From Eledone cirrhosa (lineage: Eukaryota), in the NCBI GenBank assembly GCA_964016885.1, contig OZ024742.1, forward strand, positions 107,260,001 to 107,324,000: DNA of 64,000 nucleotides, in the 5' to 3' direction. Below the pieces are notes generated by a model. That model was not told the DNA's origin and ran no database searches. It was given only the letters and a program-made list of their open reading frames with translations. Both the position numbers and the translations under genes were made by a program. Numbering within the stretch: the first letter of the stretch is position 1; every line of letters starts with the position of its first letter. Positions 14,018 to 25,973 of this stretch are shown piece by piece.

Positions 14018-14310
14018 TAATATGCCGTCACACCCTCCCACTACAAAGTGGTCGTGGAGGTGCCACAGCAAAAAAGCACCCAGCCCACACTGTAAAGTGG
14101 ACGTGTAGGCGCCACAGAAAAAATCACCCAGCACTCACTGTAAGTAAGGTTGGTGTTAGGAAGGGCATCTAGCTGTAGAAATCAAGCCAGAATCAGTTCC
14201 CGTATGAGCAAGGCATGGTCAGCCGACCGGACACTGCCCACAACATGACAACCCATCTAACCCATGATAGCATGGAAGAACGGACGTAAAACAGGGATGA
14301 TGATGATGAT
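14018..14310 (+). mobile_element. Retroposon 3' module, inverted near-copy of 12512-12800
   Basis: Reverse complement aligns over about 290 bp with scattered mismatches. Confidence 0.9.
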
Positions 14311-14679
14311 ATTGTATGTAGTAGTAGTAATTGATCCGGTTAGAACAAAGAAGGCAGAATGGAGATAAGCCTGTAGTATTGAGAGCATGACATGTAAAAG
14401 AATATATGCCATTTATTAGTTTAAAAACAAAATTGTAAAAATAGTAATTGTATGTGAGGTGTTGTGGGATGAGTGTGTAGAACACTCATGTACAGAAATA
14501 CTATATCTTGACATCATAGGAGTCAACGCTTGGTTAACAAAATGTAAGAAAACACTCTGAGGTTATAATTTTTAAAAAGAATTGATATTGGAAAAGAAAG
14601 ACGTTTTTTTTTTTGTTCTAACATAACCACACTTGTCAACCATTTTGAAACAAAATTCATATTCGTTATATCATATATA

Positions 14680-14966
14680 CAGTGAAATCCCAGTTCAGGA
14701 ACTTAATTCCTTTGTGAAGGTCGTTCATCACTCCAAATGTTTGTAAACTGAAACTATTTTTCCAATACAAAATAAAGAGAAAAATACAGTGAGAGAGGGA
14801 GACTGTGTGTAAAAGCCAGATAGATATCACCATAGTAACTAACTACACAGCCAGAGACACTTTGCTGCTGATACTCCCAGCTTGTTGCCAACCATTGTTG
14901 CTGGCTTGCATGTTTTATGTTAGGAAAAATTGTTCGTGAACTGATTTGTGAACTAAGGTTCCACTG
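14680..14966. mobile_element. Decayed Tigger/pogo-like non-autonomous DNA transposon
   Basis: TA|CAGTGAAATCCCAGTTCA ... TGAACTAAGGTTCCACTG|TA imperfect TIRs with TA flanks. Confidence 0.65.
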
Positions 14967-14969
14967 TAT

Positions 14970-15167
14970 ATCACCGCTGTATCACGTGATAACTCCCTCT
15001 CCACCTTCCCGGGATTCTTTCGCGCGATGCAGACCAGTTTTGAAACTTTAAATGAGGTATTCTCTTGATAAGTTGGCAAATCTCACAAGAATGCTACATC
15101 TCTATGATATAAGATTTTTGCAAAGTAACCACGAAACTGTACAGTCGAGAATTTGAAGAAAAAATAG
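14970..15167 (+). promoter_or_regulatory. Candidate promoter / non-coding first exon of the LRSAM1-like gene
   Basis: Non-repeat CpG-retaining patch in CpG-poor DNA; palindromic TATCACGTGATA E-box (14980-14991); E2F-type TTTCGCGC (15018-15025); possible donor AG|gtattt after 15167. The first coding exon has a splice acceptor, so an upstream exon is expected. Confidence 0.45.
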
Positions 15168-15428
15168 GTATTTATTTATGTCTAATGTTTCTTCTTTCTT
15201 TATAATGTATTATATATATATATATAACAGAGGAGTTGTGGTAAGGAACCAGATGGACCATAACGCACCAGAGTACTCAATACTTAGGGTAGTAGAGTGG
15301 GTAATAGGAGAAAGTATGGCCCCGACGGCAGAGCTCAAGCCATTTCGATGGCTATTTCTGGACTAAAGTATGAGTTTTTTTTAGTCTTGTAAATAAATTT
15401 GAGCTCTGCCGTCGGGGTTATACTTTCT

Positions 15429-15430
<2 letters not shown>

Positions 15431-15479
<49 letters not shown>
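15431..15479. repeat. (TA)n microsatellite
   Basis: Direct read. Confidence 0.98.
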
Positions 15480-15483
<4 letters not shown>

Positions 15484-16131
15484 CTGATTTCTGCATATCT
15501 ATGCTTCATGTACAAAGCCCGTTTGAAATTGAATTTATAGTTGCCACTCTGAGAAAATTGATTATTTCCATTTATCATTGTGTATTGTTTGGGTGATTTG
15601 GAATTTGTTGGCTTGGCTTATGTACCGTTTGCGTAGCAATAGCAACATGGATTACACACACACACAAAAAATATATATATATATATCATCATCATTATCA
15701 TTTGTCGTGTCTTTTGACACAAACTGAAAGGACCTCCTAACACCTTGTTTGGCAAGCTTTCTACGGTTTGAAGCCATTTCTAACACCAACCACTTTACAT
15801 CGTGTTCTGGGTGCATTTGTTGTGTAGATCATCAACGCTAGAGAAGTTGTTGTCTCTTTGCGTACCGGATGCATTTTCATGGCACCATCGCTAGAGAAGT
15901 TGTTGGTCATAGACCAACAACTTCTCTAGTGATTCGTGTTGGTGCTCCGACAAAAATAACCCCCAGTCCACACTGTAAATGTGGTTGGCATGTTATATGA
16001 ACAAGATACAGTCATCTAATCCATGCTTGTGTGGAAAAATGGACGTTAAACAGTGATGATGATGATATATACAAAGAGAAGAGCACACTAGTTTCACACT
16101 AAAGAAGTACGCTACTACTTTTATGCCAATG

Positions 16132-16450
16132 ATGCAGGCATGTCTGTTGTTATGGAGCTCGCTTCACAATCACATAGTTTCATGTCCAGTCTCACTTGGG
16201 CAAGTGTCTACTATAGCTTTTGGTTGATCAATACCTTGTGAGTGAAATTTGATAGACAGAAGCTCTGTGGAAGCCCCTCCTAAATATATAAATATGTGTA
16301 TGCATGCATGTGTTTGTTTATGTCCCATAACTTAGTGGTTTGACAAGAAGGGATTAATAAAATAACAGACTTGAAAAAAAAATGTATTGGGATCCAATCC
16401 CTTCAAAGCAGTACCCAGCCACAGTCTAGTGAATAAAATAAGTAAAAGAA
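16132..16450 (+). mobile_element. tRNA-derived SINE (octopus OR-like); related copy at about 40415-40720 and shared head at 31245-31370 (-)
   Basis: GCAGGCATG head, CTTGGGCAAGTGTCT.CTATAGC and CCTTGTGAGTGAAATT..GTAGACAG blocks shared between copies. Confidence 0.7.
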
Positions 16451-16985
16451 TTACATAATGCACTTCTTGACAATATAGTTAGTGAGAATATATGGTTGAA
16501 TAATGACTCAGTCTGTCGTGACCTGTCCACCCTTTGCTAAGCAAATAAAATAGATGTTAGATGACAATGATGATGACTATGAGGATTTCTCAAAATTCCT
16601 ATCAGCTACTCAACTGCAACCACATTTCTAAGCTTACATCATGCTATTCCTATCCTATCTTTTCCTCCTTATTAACTTATCAACCCCTTTCCCTTCCCTT
16701 CTCCACATTCCTTCTTTCTTTCTTTCTCAATATATTTTTTCAAAGTATATATATAAACTGATATCAACTCAACAGCCATACTTTTGAAAATATACCTATC
16801 TATTGCAACACTCATACAAATGCAGGTAAATATCAAATAAATAAATATACACTCTACAAATTAAAATACTGATGTCTATATTTTTTTTTTTATTGAACTC
16901 CAAATAATAATAATAACAATGATGATAATGAAAGTGTATATGTATATATGAATGTGTATATATAATTATATGTGTGTATATATAC

Positions 16986-17022
<37 letters not shown>

Positions 17023-17089
17023 CAATAAAACGTTGTAGTTTGCTTAAAGCACTGTATAGTATATAATGTAGAATATATATACATATACA

Positions 17090-18170
17090 CTCAGTCCTCA
17101 GTCCACTCCTGTTAATTGTTGTTCTACCGAATCAAGTTAGATGAGATACAATTGGATTTATGCCAGACAGGAGTACTATTGATGCCCTCTTTATAGTGAA
17201 ACAACTGCAGGAGAGGTATTAAGTTAAGAGTAAACCAATGTGTCTGGCTTTTATGGATATGGAGGCCTTTGATAGGGTTCCACACTCTGTAATTTGGTGA
17301 GCACTTAGGAAGTTAGATGTAGATGAATGGCTTGGGATGCCATGTACAGAGGAGCAACCAGTAGGGTGAGGGTTGGAAGTGAGTACAGTGATGAATTTGA
17401 AGTGCAGTTGGGCATCCACTAGGGCTCAGTCCTCAGTCCACTCCTGTTAATCACTGAGGAGTTTAAAACTGGCACTCTGTGGGAACTCTTATATTCTGAT
17501 GACCTAGTCGTTATAGCTGAATCTGTAGGAGAGTTAGCGACAAAATTTCAAACATGGAAGAACCTAGAGTTGAAAGGCCTAAAACTAAACTTAGAAAAGA
17601 TGAAGGTGCTAATAAGTAGAAAAGAGTTGTCAAGAAGTTGTCAACAGCTTTTGTTATTTAGGCAATCAAATTAGCAGTGGGTAAAGATGCACTGAAAGTG
17701 ATATAACCAGGGTCAGAACAGGCTGGAAGAAGTTGAGAAAGCTGATACCTCAGCTAACAACAAAGGGCTTCTCACTCAGATTGAAGGGTAAGCTGCAATG
17801 GCAGTGAAATGTGAGCCTTAACTGCAGAAGACCTGTGAAGGCTGGAGAGAAATGAAGTGAGTATGCTCCGATGAATTTGTAATGTTAGTGTGCATGAACA
17901 ATGTAGCATAAATGAACTGAGAGAAAAATCTGGCTTATGAGGAATTCGATGTAATATGCAAGAGAGACGACTGCGCTGGTATGGACATGTGATGTGTATG
18001 GAGGATAGTAGCTGCATAAAGAAATGCAAAGTAATCCCTGTATCTGGAACCCATGGAAAAGGTAAACCCAGGATGAGGTAGTGAAGAGCGACCTTAAAAA
18101 ACTAAGCCTTACAACTAAGATGACAAAGGACCAAGAGGGTTGGCGCTATGTTGTGAAGATGAAGACTCAG
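17090..18170 (+). mobile_element. Decayed RTE LINE including reverse transcriptase core
   Basis: STIDALFIVKQLQERY, AFMDMEAFDRVPH, GSVLSPLL, ELLYSDDL (YADD-like) and QERRLRWYGHVM; many stops and deletions. Confidence 0.93.
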
Positions 18171-18859
18171 CCAGAAGCATACAATATGATCTGACCCACC
18201 CATGAGCCCCTCCCACTAGCACTCACCACTACTGAACTCACTACCCATGCCCCATCTAGAACCACTCCTCAACAACTACACCTCACTAAAGACCTTAGAT
18301 ATCTTCACCATTGCTCCTTAGTTGCTACACTCTCTACTCCTTTTTCACCTCCCAATACTACCCCTTACTCCCTCACTCTCCCCATTACTTATCTCTCCAT
18401 CACACCCCCACCCACACCGCTACATCCCCACACACTAATCAGCCACCCCTAACCTTTACTCATTGTCCTGCCAAATCCCCACATACACATGTAACTTCAT
18501 ACTTATCTTCCTCCTCTATTTCTCCCCCCCCCCCCCCCAAGAACTGTGAGCAGTATGAATATATGTAAATTTTCTTTCAAAATTTCTTCTTATATATATC
18601 TGCTTTTTGACCTGTTGAACACCACTTCCCTCTTCACCACTGCACCTTCAAAAAGAACATAAGATGAAATTTTGAAAGACAATATATTCAAACTGCCCAT
18701 GAAAAAACATTTTTTGAAAATATTTAATATTTGATATTATACCAATCAAAACTGGTTATATTTAATACAATTATAAAATTATTCATTCTGTCAGATTAAA
18801 GAGAAAAAAAATCTTTAAATATACTTCTCTGCTTTTTCACCTTCCCTTTTTAATTATAT

Positions 18860-19837
18860 CATCATTATCATCATCATCACCATTTAATATCCATTTTTCC
18901 ATGCTAGCATAGGTTAGTTATGAGAAATGCCAAGTCAGGTGACCATGTCTTGCTCATACAGAACTGATTTTGGCTTGGTTTCGACAGCTGGATACTCTTC
19001 CTAATGCCAACCACATTTACAGTGTGTACTGGGTGCTTTTTGTCGTGACATCTACACAACCACTTTACAGTGTGGGTTGGGTATTTTTTGTTGTGTCACC
19101 ATCACGACTTATGGTGTAGGTTAGGTGCTTTTTATCATGTCACCATCAAAACCACTTTACAGTGTGGGCTGACCACTTTGGTGAGAGAGATGTGTGATGG
19201 ATTGGGGAGGGAGGGTATTTGGCCGTGTGTGTGTGAGGGGCAGAGTGTTAGGACATGGGAGGTAATGGAAGGAGATGGGAGAGCACACTAAATGTATGCT
19301 TCAGCCTGTGCTTATGGGAAGGTGGGTCTTCTGTATTACTGCATAATGCCAGAGGTCTTGGTCCTGTGTCACCACCTTTGAGAGGTGCAGTTGGGCAAGG
19401 TCAGCTTTTATCACTTAATCCCAAGTCTTCCTGGGTTTTCCCACTCCATGGCTTCCAACTACTTTCAACACTCTGCAACTTCTTATACTGCTGTCATCCT
19501 TCATACACATCACATGTCCACACCAACACAATTTCCTCTCCTGCACACTGCATCTGATTCCTCTTATGCCTAGTTTCTCTCTCTGTTTGTTTATGCTTTG
19601 CTGTTACACATCCACCTGAGCATGCTAGCTTCATTTTTTTCCAATCTTCGCAAGTCTTCTGCACACAGCGCCCAGGTTTCACTACCATGAAACATTGTTG
19701 TTCGTATGCACACATCATATAGTCTGCCTTTCATTTTGAGGGAAAAGCCTTTTGTAGCTAACAATGGTAGTAGCTCTCTGAACTTCTTCCATCCCGTTCT
19801 CACTCTGACTACTGTATTTTCAGAACAGCCACCTCTG

Positions 19838-19840
<3 letters not shown>
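18860..19840 (-). mobile_element. RTE LINE 3' portion with long 3' module
   Basis: VRTGWKKFRELLPLLATKGFSLKMKGRLYDVCIRTTMFHGSETW; same 3' architecture as 12512-13265; the 5' end abuts (TA)n. Confidence 0.92.

Positions 19841-19841
<1 letters not shown>

Positions 19842-19898
<57 letters not shown>
19842..19898. repeat. (TA)n microsatellite
   Basis: Direct read. Confidence 0.98.
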
Positions 19899-19902
<4 letters not shown>

Positions 19903-19991
19903 AAAATTGAACAGGAACAAAACAGAGAGGCAGTACGAACAAAGGTTTATTAATTTCACGCTCTTGAGAGTGGGGTGGTGGTATATATATA

Positions 19992-20706
19992 TACTAGCTA
20001 AACTACCCGTCCTTTGGATGGTTCAAGTAACTTTTGATGTAGCTCATTAAACTAAACAAAGTAAATTTGAATACATAGAAGAAAAACGTACTTTATGTAA
20101 ACATGAAAACCTTAGGCACTATTCCAGCAAAATAATTAATATATGAGCTCGGTGTCTTTTTTGACAACAGTAAAAGCGCATCATGAAATAGAGAAGTGAA
20201 TAATAGACTCTATTATGTACAAAGCAAATATTGTAAAAGTTATGACATCACTTAATGTATGAACATGAAGCTTGAAACGATAAATTATAGAATGTCAAAG
20301 CTATAACTTAACTTAGTAATCTGTTAGAAATTGCTGGTTGTGAAATATACAAAATGATATTGTTAGTCCCAAGGAAGCGTACCTTTTGTTTCAAGTACAA
20401 AGAGTAAATTAAAATCCGAATGAGCCGAATTACGAAAGATAACTCTTGTCTTACTTAAAGATAACTCTTGTCTTACTTAATCATGAAAATTCACACAAAT
20501 AACCGAAACTTTTTTAATGTCTCCAAAGGCCGCAATATCGATTTTTGAAAGCCTTTGTAGATCATGTACAGGTTTTGTGCAAGGAGAAGCTCTGTAAGAA
20601 ATTTCAAAGAAATCGCATGAATGGTTTAGAATATATGAGCCCTCATTAAAAATTGTCCACACACACACATACAGAAAACTTCGTCTTTATATATATATAT
20701 ACAGAT
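19992..20706 (+). mobile_element. Possible non-autonomous Helentron/DINE-like element
   Basis: Begins ACTAGCTAAACTACCCGTCC and ends (CA)n CAGAAAACTTCGTCTTTATATATAT, a terminal layout typical of such elements; interior retains CpG. Confidence 0.45.
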
Positions 20707-21129
20707 ATACATATGTATATGTGTCTGTGTGTGTATGTATTGTTATAATTTGGGAGGGTCATGCTGCCAATAAAAACACACACTTATTGGTTTTCACTTC
20801 AATTTATTATAAATTTCCAGTTGGTTGGTTTAATAACCGGATGGTTGTTTATTTGTTTATTGTCAAAGCTCTTTTATCACACATTTTGTGATCTCCTAGT
20901 GACTAATTTGTTATTTTGTGTCTCTCCTTTGTTCTGTCCTACACCATCTTATTTTTGTGTGCTGTGTGCTTCGGTTATGCATGTGTTATATCTGGGAGTA
21001 TGTGTGTGTTTTTATTTATTCATTTATATGTTTATTTACTTGTCACTAGTTGGTTGCTTGTTTTATCTGTGTGAATCTGGTTTGTTTTATTAGTTTGCTT
21101 CTTATGTGTCTCAGTATGTCTTTATCTTG

Positions 21130-21665
21130 TCCTTAATTACTAGTTGTGATGTTGCTATTCCATTCTGTTTGATTTTGGTTGGAGTTTGTTTATGTTTGTC
21201 GCTTCAGTAATCTGTTGCAGCATTGCATCTTTTCTGTGTGTGGATATACTTTTTATCTCTATGTTCTCTAGATTGCCTCCATGCTCTCTTTTTGCAATGG
21301 AGTTCTCGCCAGTATTCTTTTATCCTTTCTCCTATGCTACGAGCTGTCTCACCTATGTATGTCATGTTCATATTCCTACACTGCCCCTCCATACATCTTA
21401 TGCTATATACTATGTTCCCAGTTTTGCAGGCAATCTGTGCACTTAATTTTCAGGCTATACATTTCCTATCAGTGCAGGTTTTTTTTTTAAAAGGATATGT
21501 TCTACTAATTAGGGCTTTTATGGGAATACTTGTTTTTTCAACTATCTTAATATTTAATTTTAGTTTGTCTAGAGCCCTTCTAAATCTGTAAGCTAGTTCA
21601 CCTCTGGGAGTTGCATTGACGAACATTACACTCTGGTATTTATTTCTGTCATACGAGTTGACTTT
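21130..21665 (-). mobile_element. Penelope-like element fragment: Cys-rich linker plus GIY-YIG endonuclease
   Basis: SVMFVNATPRGELA...CTDRKCIA*...CKTGNIVYSIRC...YIGETARSIGERIKEY; stop and frameshift present. Probably extends to about 20750. Confidence 0.85.
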
Positions 21666-23689
21666 GTTATAAAGTCATATCCACACACAGAAAAGACACG
21701 ATGCTTATCGATTGCACATTCGTTGTTTCTATATAAACCAATATTCATTAAGGTTTACTTGTTTTTTGTTTCTTTGTTTTTTTTATTGTTATTGTTTAAT
21801 GTTTTATTTCATTTTTTTTTTCATATGCTAGCATGAGTTGGGTAGGTTTATGAATGTTAATATTTGCATGATTTGTTGGCAGACATAAACTATGTCATTT
21901 TGACAGCTAGATATGCTTTCTAATATTGATCCATCAGTCAACAATGAAGTCCAAGTTAGGATTGATATGAGCCCCTTGGACTACCAGTTGCTAATCCTGG
22001 ACCTTAGTAAATCACACTCACACACACATGCACACACTCACCCTACTGCCCCAATCTTAGCATTTTCCTATTTGGAATATGCCAAAATTGACATGTTCAT
22101 CTGATATCTAACTGTTAAAATGGTAATTATTTTCTGTCTTAATTTGAATAAATTCTACTGAAAATTTTACTGTCTCCTTGATGATAGTTACCAGTCATTG
22201 TATAACAATTGGGTATTTCTGATATTGAAATTGGTCTCGTTTCTTATCCTGCCTTCCTGTTTAACAAGAGAGTTGTTTAAATCTTGTTGGACATTTTTTC
22301 CGCAGACAACATGCTGGGGAAGACTAAAAGAACCTTTGGTGAGTTTCTATGAATTTGTTTTGTTTTGTGTATTTTCTTCCCCCATCTTATTTTTTTATTG
22401 TTTGCCTGTTGTTTATAACTAACAGTTTTTATGTCATAATTTAACTGTAAACAGAATCACTCCCCACCATTACCTCCACCACTACCAACAATTACAAACC
22501 AAACAATTCCACAAGGGAACCTCTATGTAGTGACTGAACCTGCTGGCAATAACTGTCAAATCTCTTTAAACTACTCCCTACTATCTTGACAAAAAAAAAA
22601 AAAAATGGAAGGACACAGATAGAGACATGATTGCTGTAAGAGGCAACTAAAATGGTTGATGTCAGGAAGGGCTGCAAAACCTTGCTTCAAAAAGGACACC
22701 ATGTCATGGTACCCCACAAAGCTAACCTCTGCTTTAGGGAGGAAAATGGCCTTAAAGCGCTGGTTGTTGCAGCTATTGTTTCACATCTCTTTCTAAAAAG
22801 GAAGGAGTTAATTTTTAACATAGATACAAAGTCAAAAGTGTTTGAGCAAGGGAACAGTCGGTTAAATCAATTTTCAGTACTGAACTGGTAATTATTTTTT
22901 ATCAACCTCAACAGGATAAAAAGCAAAGTTGATTTTGGTGGGATTTGAACTCAGAATGTATAGAAAAACCATCTACTGTCTTATGTAACATTTCTTACTG
23001 TTATTGTGTATGTGGAAAATAGGCAAAGTTTTTAGAACATCAGGTAGAATTCTCTGCTGTATTCATTCTGGCTCTCTGCACAGTCTAAGTTCAAATGTTG
23101 CTATGGTCAACTTTGCTTTTCATTCTTTCTTGGTCAATAAAAAGAAATGTACCAGTCCAATACTGGTATAGATTTTTTTTTCTCAACATTGCTTTCTCTT
23201 TCTCACTTCCACTCTTTCTTCTTCTCTAGAAGACTTGGAGAGGGGACGGACTTCATATGACTCCATCAGGAGTTACAGGTCCATACATACTGTGATTATG
23301 TAGTCCCCAAGTTGGCCATGATGGAGCTAGTCTGTGATCAAAGGTATTCCAATCATGGCCAACCCATCATTTTTACATCTAGAACTATGTGTCCTCTTTT
23401 TTTAAAGATGGTATGGTGTGATTCGAGGGTGAGGGTGGTGAGTTTTTGTTGTTATTTCTACTTGTTCAGTCAACTGTATAAGAGTTTCCTTTATTTTCTT
23501 ACATAGTTAGTTCTTGTTCAGCTTTTTCTTTTTGTTGTTGTTTAGTCCCTGGTCAGCATTGATCAATCAGACATATGATCAGCTTTGACAATTATTGTTT
23601 CAATGGTTGATTGCTTTCATTCTAGTATATCTAGTAGATTCATCATCATCATCATCTCATTGACATCTTCAGCAGCTAACAACAGCTTG

Positions 23690-24085
23690 CCTCTTTCTCT
23701 CTCTGTTTCTTTCATTTCATTGGTTGGCTGCTTGTTGGTAATTAATCTTTCTATCTCTTGCTTCCTTTTTTCTTTCTTTTTTTTCCTCTTTTATCCTTTA
23801 TTTTTCTTCTTATTTTTCTTCCTCTTTTTTTCTCATTTTCTGCTATTATCTCTCTTTATCTCCTTCTGCCCCTTTTTCTTTCTCTGATCTTCCTATCCAT
23901 CTCTATATTCTTTTTCTTTCCTTCTCTTTTTCTTTTCTTTCTCTCCTCTTTCTGACTCTTTCTTTCTCATATTTTTTTCCTTTTTCTCTCTCTTTCCATT
24001 CTCATCTCTTTCTCATATTTTTTCTTTCTTCTCCTCTACTTTCTGTCTCTTTCTATGTAGTTTCTATCTCTTTCTTTCTCTTTAC
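23690..24085. repeat. Polypyrimidine low-complexity tract; compound (TG)n(AG)n follows at 24128-24181
   Basis: Direct read. Confidence 0.9.
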
Positions 24086-24125
24086 AATCTATTTTAAATA
24101 TTTCACTTCAAGAGTGAAGATGCAT

Positions 24126-24183
<58 letters not shown>

Positions 24184-25698
24184 GGGGAAAGTGTGTGTGT
24201 ATCTGTAATTCCTCTTCCCCCATTTTCTCTTGCTCTGTAAATAATCTGTAAATATTGGCAGCTGTATCCTCTCTGACACCATTCTAAGCTAGTAACTAAA
24301 GGAAGCTCAACAGAGAAGTTCTATAGTTATACCTAACATATGGTTCTTAAGTTATGAACAAGAGTGAAATCAACATAGAAAAATGGTAAATGGTGCCATG
24401 ATTCACCAGTTTCATACATCTCTCAACCAAATAGTTATATGAAATCTACTCCTCTAAATTTAAGATTTTTATATCACTACTGACTCTTCATATCCTGTAA
24501 TGAGGAAGCAGAAGATAACTAAAAATGGTTTTGTTAATTCAAATGTTTATAGTAGCTTTACTAGAAGACAGACCATTGTCAAAATTTGTAGTAAACTAAG
24601 AGTAGGTAAGGTAAACGGCCCTTAACTCCTAGTGGAGTCATAGGGGTGTGGTCCTGATACACAACATGCCTTGGGCATTTTAAACCTAGCAGAGCCCATC
24701 CCTCTCAATTGTAACACAGCTAATGTCTTCCAGAGAAAAAGAGAGACAAAGTGATGAAGAGTAACAGAGGAAAAATCAACCCCAGCACTAGACAGGTTCC
24801 TTATTTATCAACCTCAACAGGATAAAAAGCAAAGTTGATTTTGGTGGGAATTGAACATAGAGTACATAGAGCTGGAACAAATACCAAGGTATTTGTAATC
24901 TGATACCCCAAAGGCTAATGCCAATTCATTACCTTGATAAACTAAAGTAAGAACTTAGTTTTAATCTGATGCTATCATAGTGATGTTTTGTACTTTTCAA
25001 GAATGTTTTGCTAATGCAATTTCATGTGGTATGAGACGTTAGTTGTTAAAAATCTAATATAATCAAACACAGATGGTTTATTGAAGTTATTTTGCAGGTT
25101 ATGTTACTTTTTAAACATAAAAATATTTAAGAGAGAAGGATGTGATGTGAGCGAATTAATCTGCTATTTCTAGCAGGTCAAAAAACCACATAGATAATAC
25201 CTCACACAGTTGCTTCAAAAGATGTCAATAAAATAATATGCACCACAGAAATTAGGATCATGGAATTTTAACTTCATTCTGATGTAGATGTTGACAAGGT
25301 ACTCAATCAAATTGACTTACCTAGCTATAAAAAAGATTCTGTCCACTTTCGGAAAAGCTTCCTCCATCTGAGGATTTTAATAGAATTGTTGTTTAATTGG
25401 AGTTAGCATTTTAATTTTTGATGCTTTACAAAATAATAATTAACTATAAAAGCCTCTGCAGTGCTTAACCTTCTTAAGTTTTCCTACGTTGAAGATATTT
25501 TTGTTTTGTACGTTGATCTTGCTTTTTTTGTTTTGTGTTTTAATTTCATTTTCATGATGTTTGCTTTTGTCAATTTTTGAGACCAGATCATCCTTGATAG
25601 AGTAGTAGACATATAGTCAAAGATGTTTCAACTGTGAGCCTCTTATCTATTTTCTTTCTTTTTTTTTTTTTTTTTGCAGACAGTACATATAGAACTGT

Positions 25699-25973
25699 GG
25701 ATGTGCGTGGCCTAGTAGTAAAGGTGTTGGACATGATCATAATGTCATGAGTTCATGGATTGGGTTGTGCATTGTGTTCTTGAACAAAACACTTCATTTC
25801 ATGTTGCTTCAGTATACTTGGCTGAAAATGAGTACCAGCTAATAGCTGGGGGCTTAACTCTGTGATGGACTGACGTCCTGTCTAGCAGGGACTCTTGTAC
25901 CCTCAGTCGTTTCACAACATGGAAATTGGGATAAGCACAGCCCTGATGAGCATCCGCGCTCGAATCAGACGTT
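25699..25973 (+). mobile_element. tRNA-derived SINE with conserved central domain (MetaSINE/CORE-like)
   Basis: A-box TGGCCTAGTAG; TTGTGTTCTTGAACAAAACACTT...AAATGAGTACC body; GATGGACTGACGTCCTGTC...GGGATAAGC...CTGATGAGC 3' part. Confidence 0.7.

Noticed and set aside
7960-19959. Intact autonomous LINE
   Set aside because: All RTE pieces are truncated with stops or frameshifts.
20436-20480. 22-bp tandem duplication, and similar short ones near 27065-27118 and 39063-39095
   Set aside because: Ordinary slippage events with no further structure.
25940-25970. Hammerhead ribozyme (CTGATGAG...CTCGAA)
   Set aside because: GAAA is replaced by GAAT, stem II does not pair in the required register, and the segment is a SINE 3' part.
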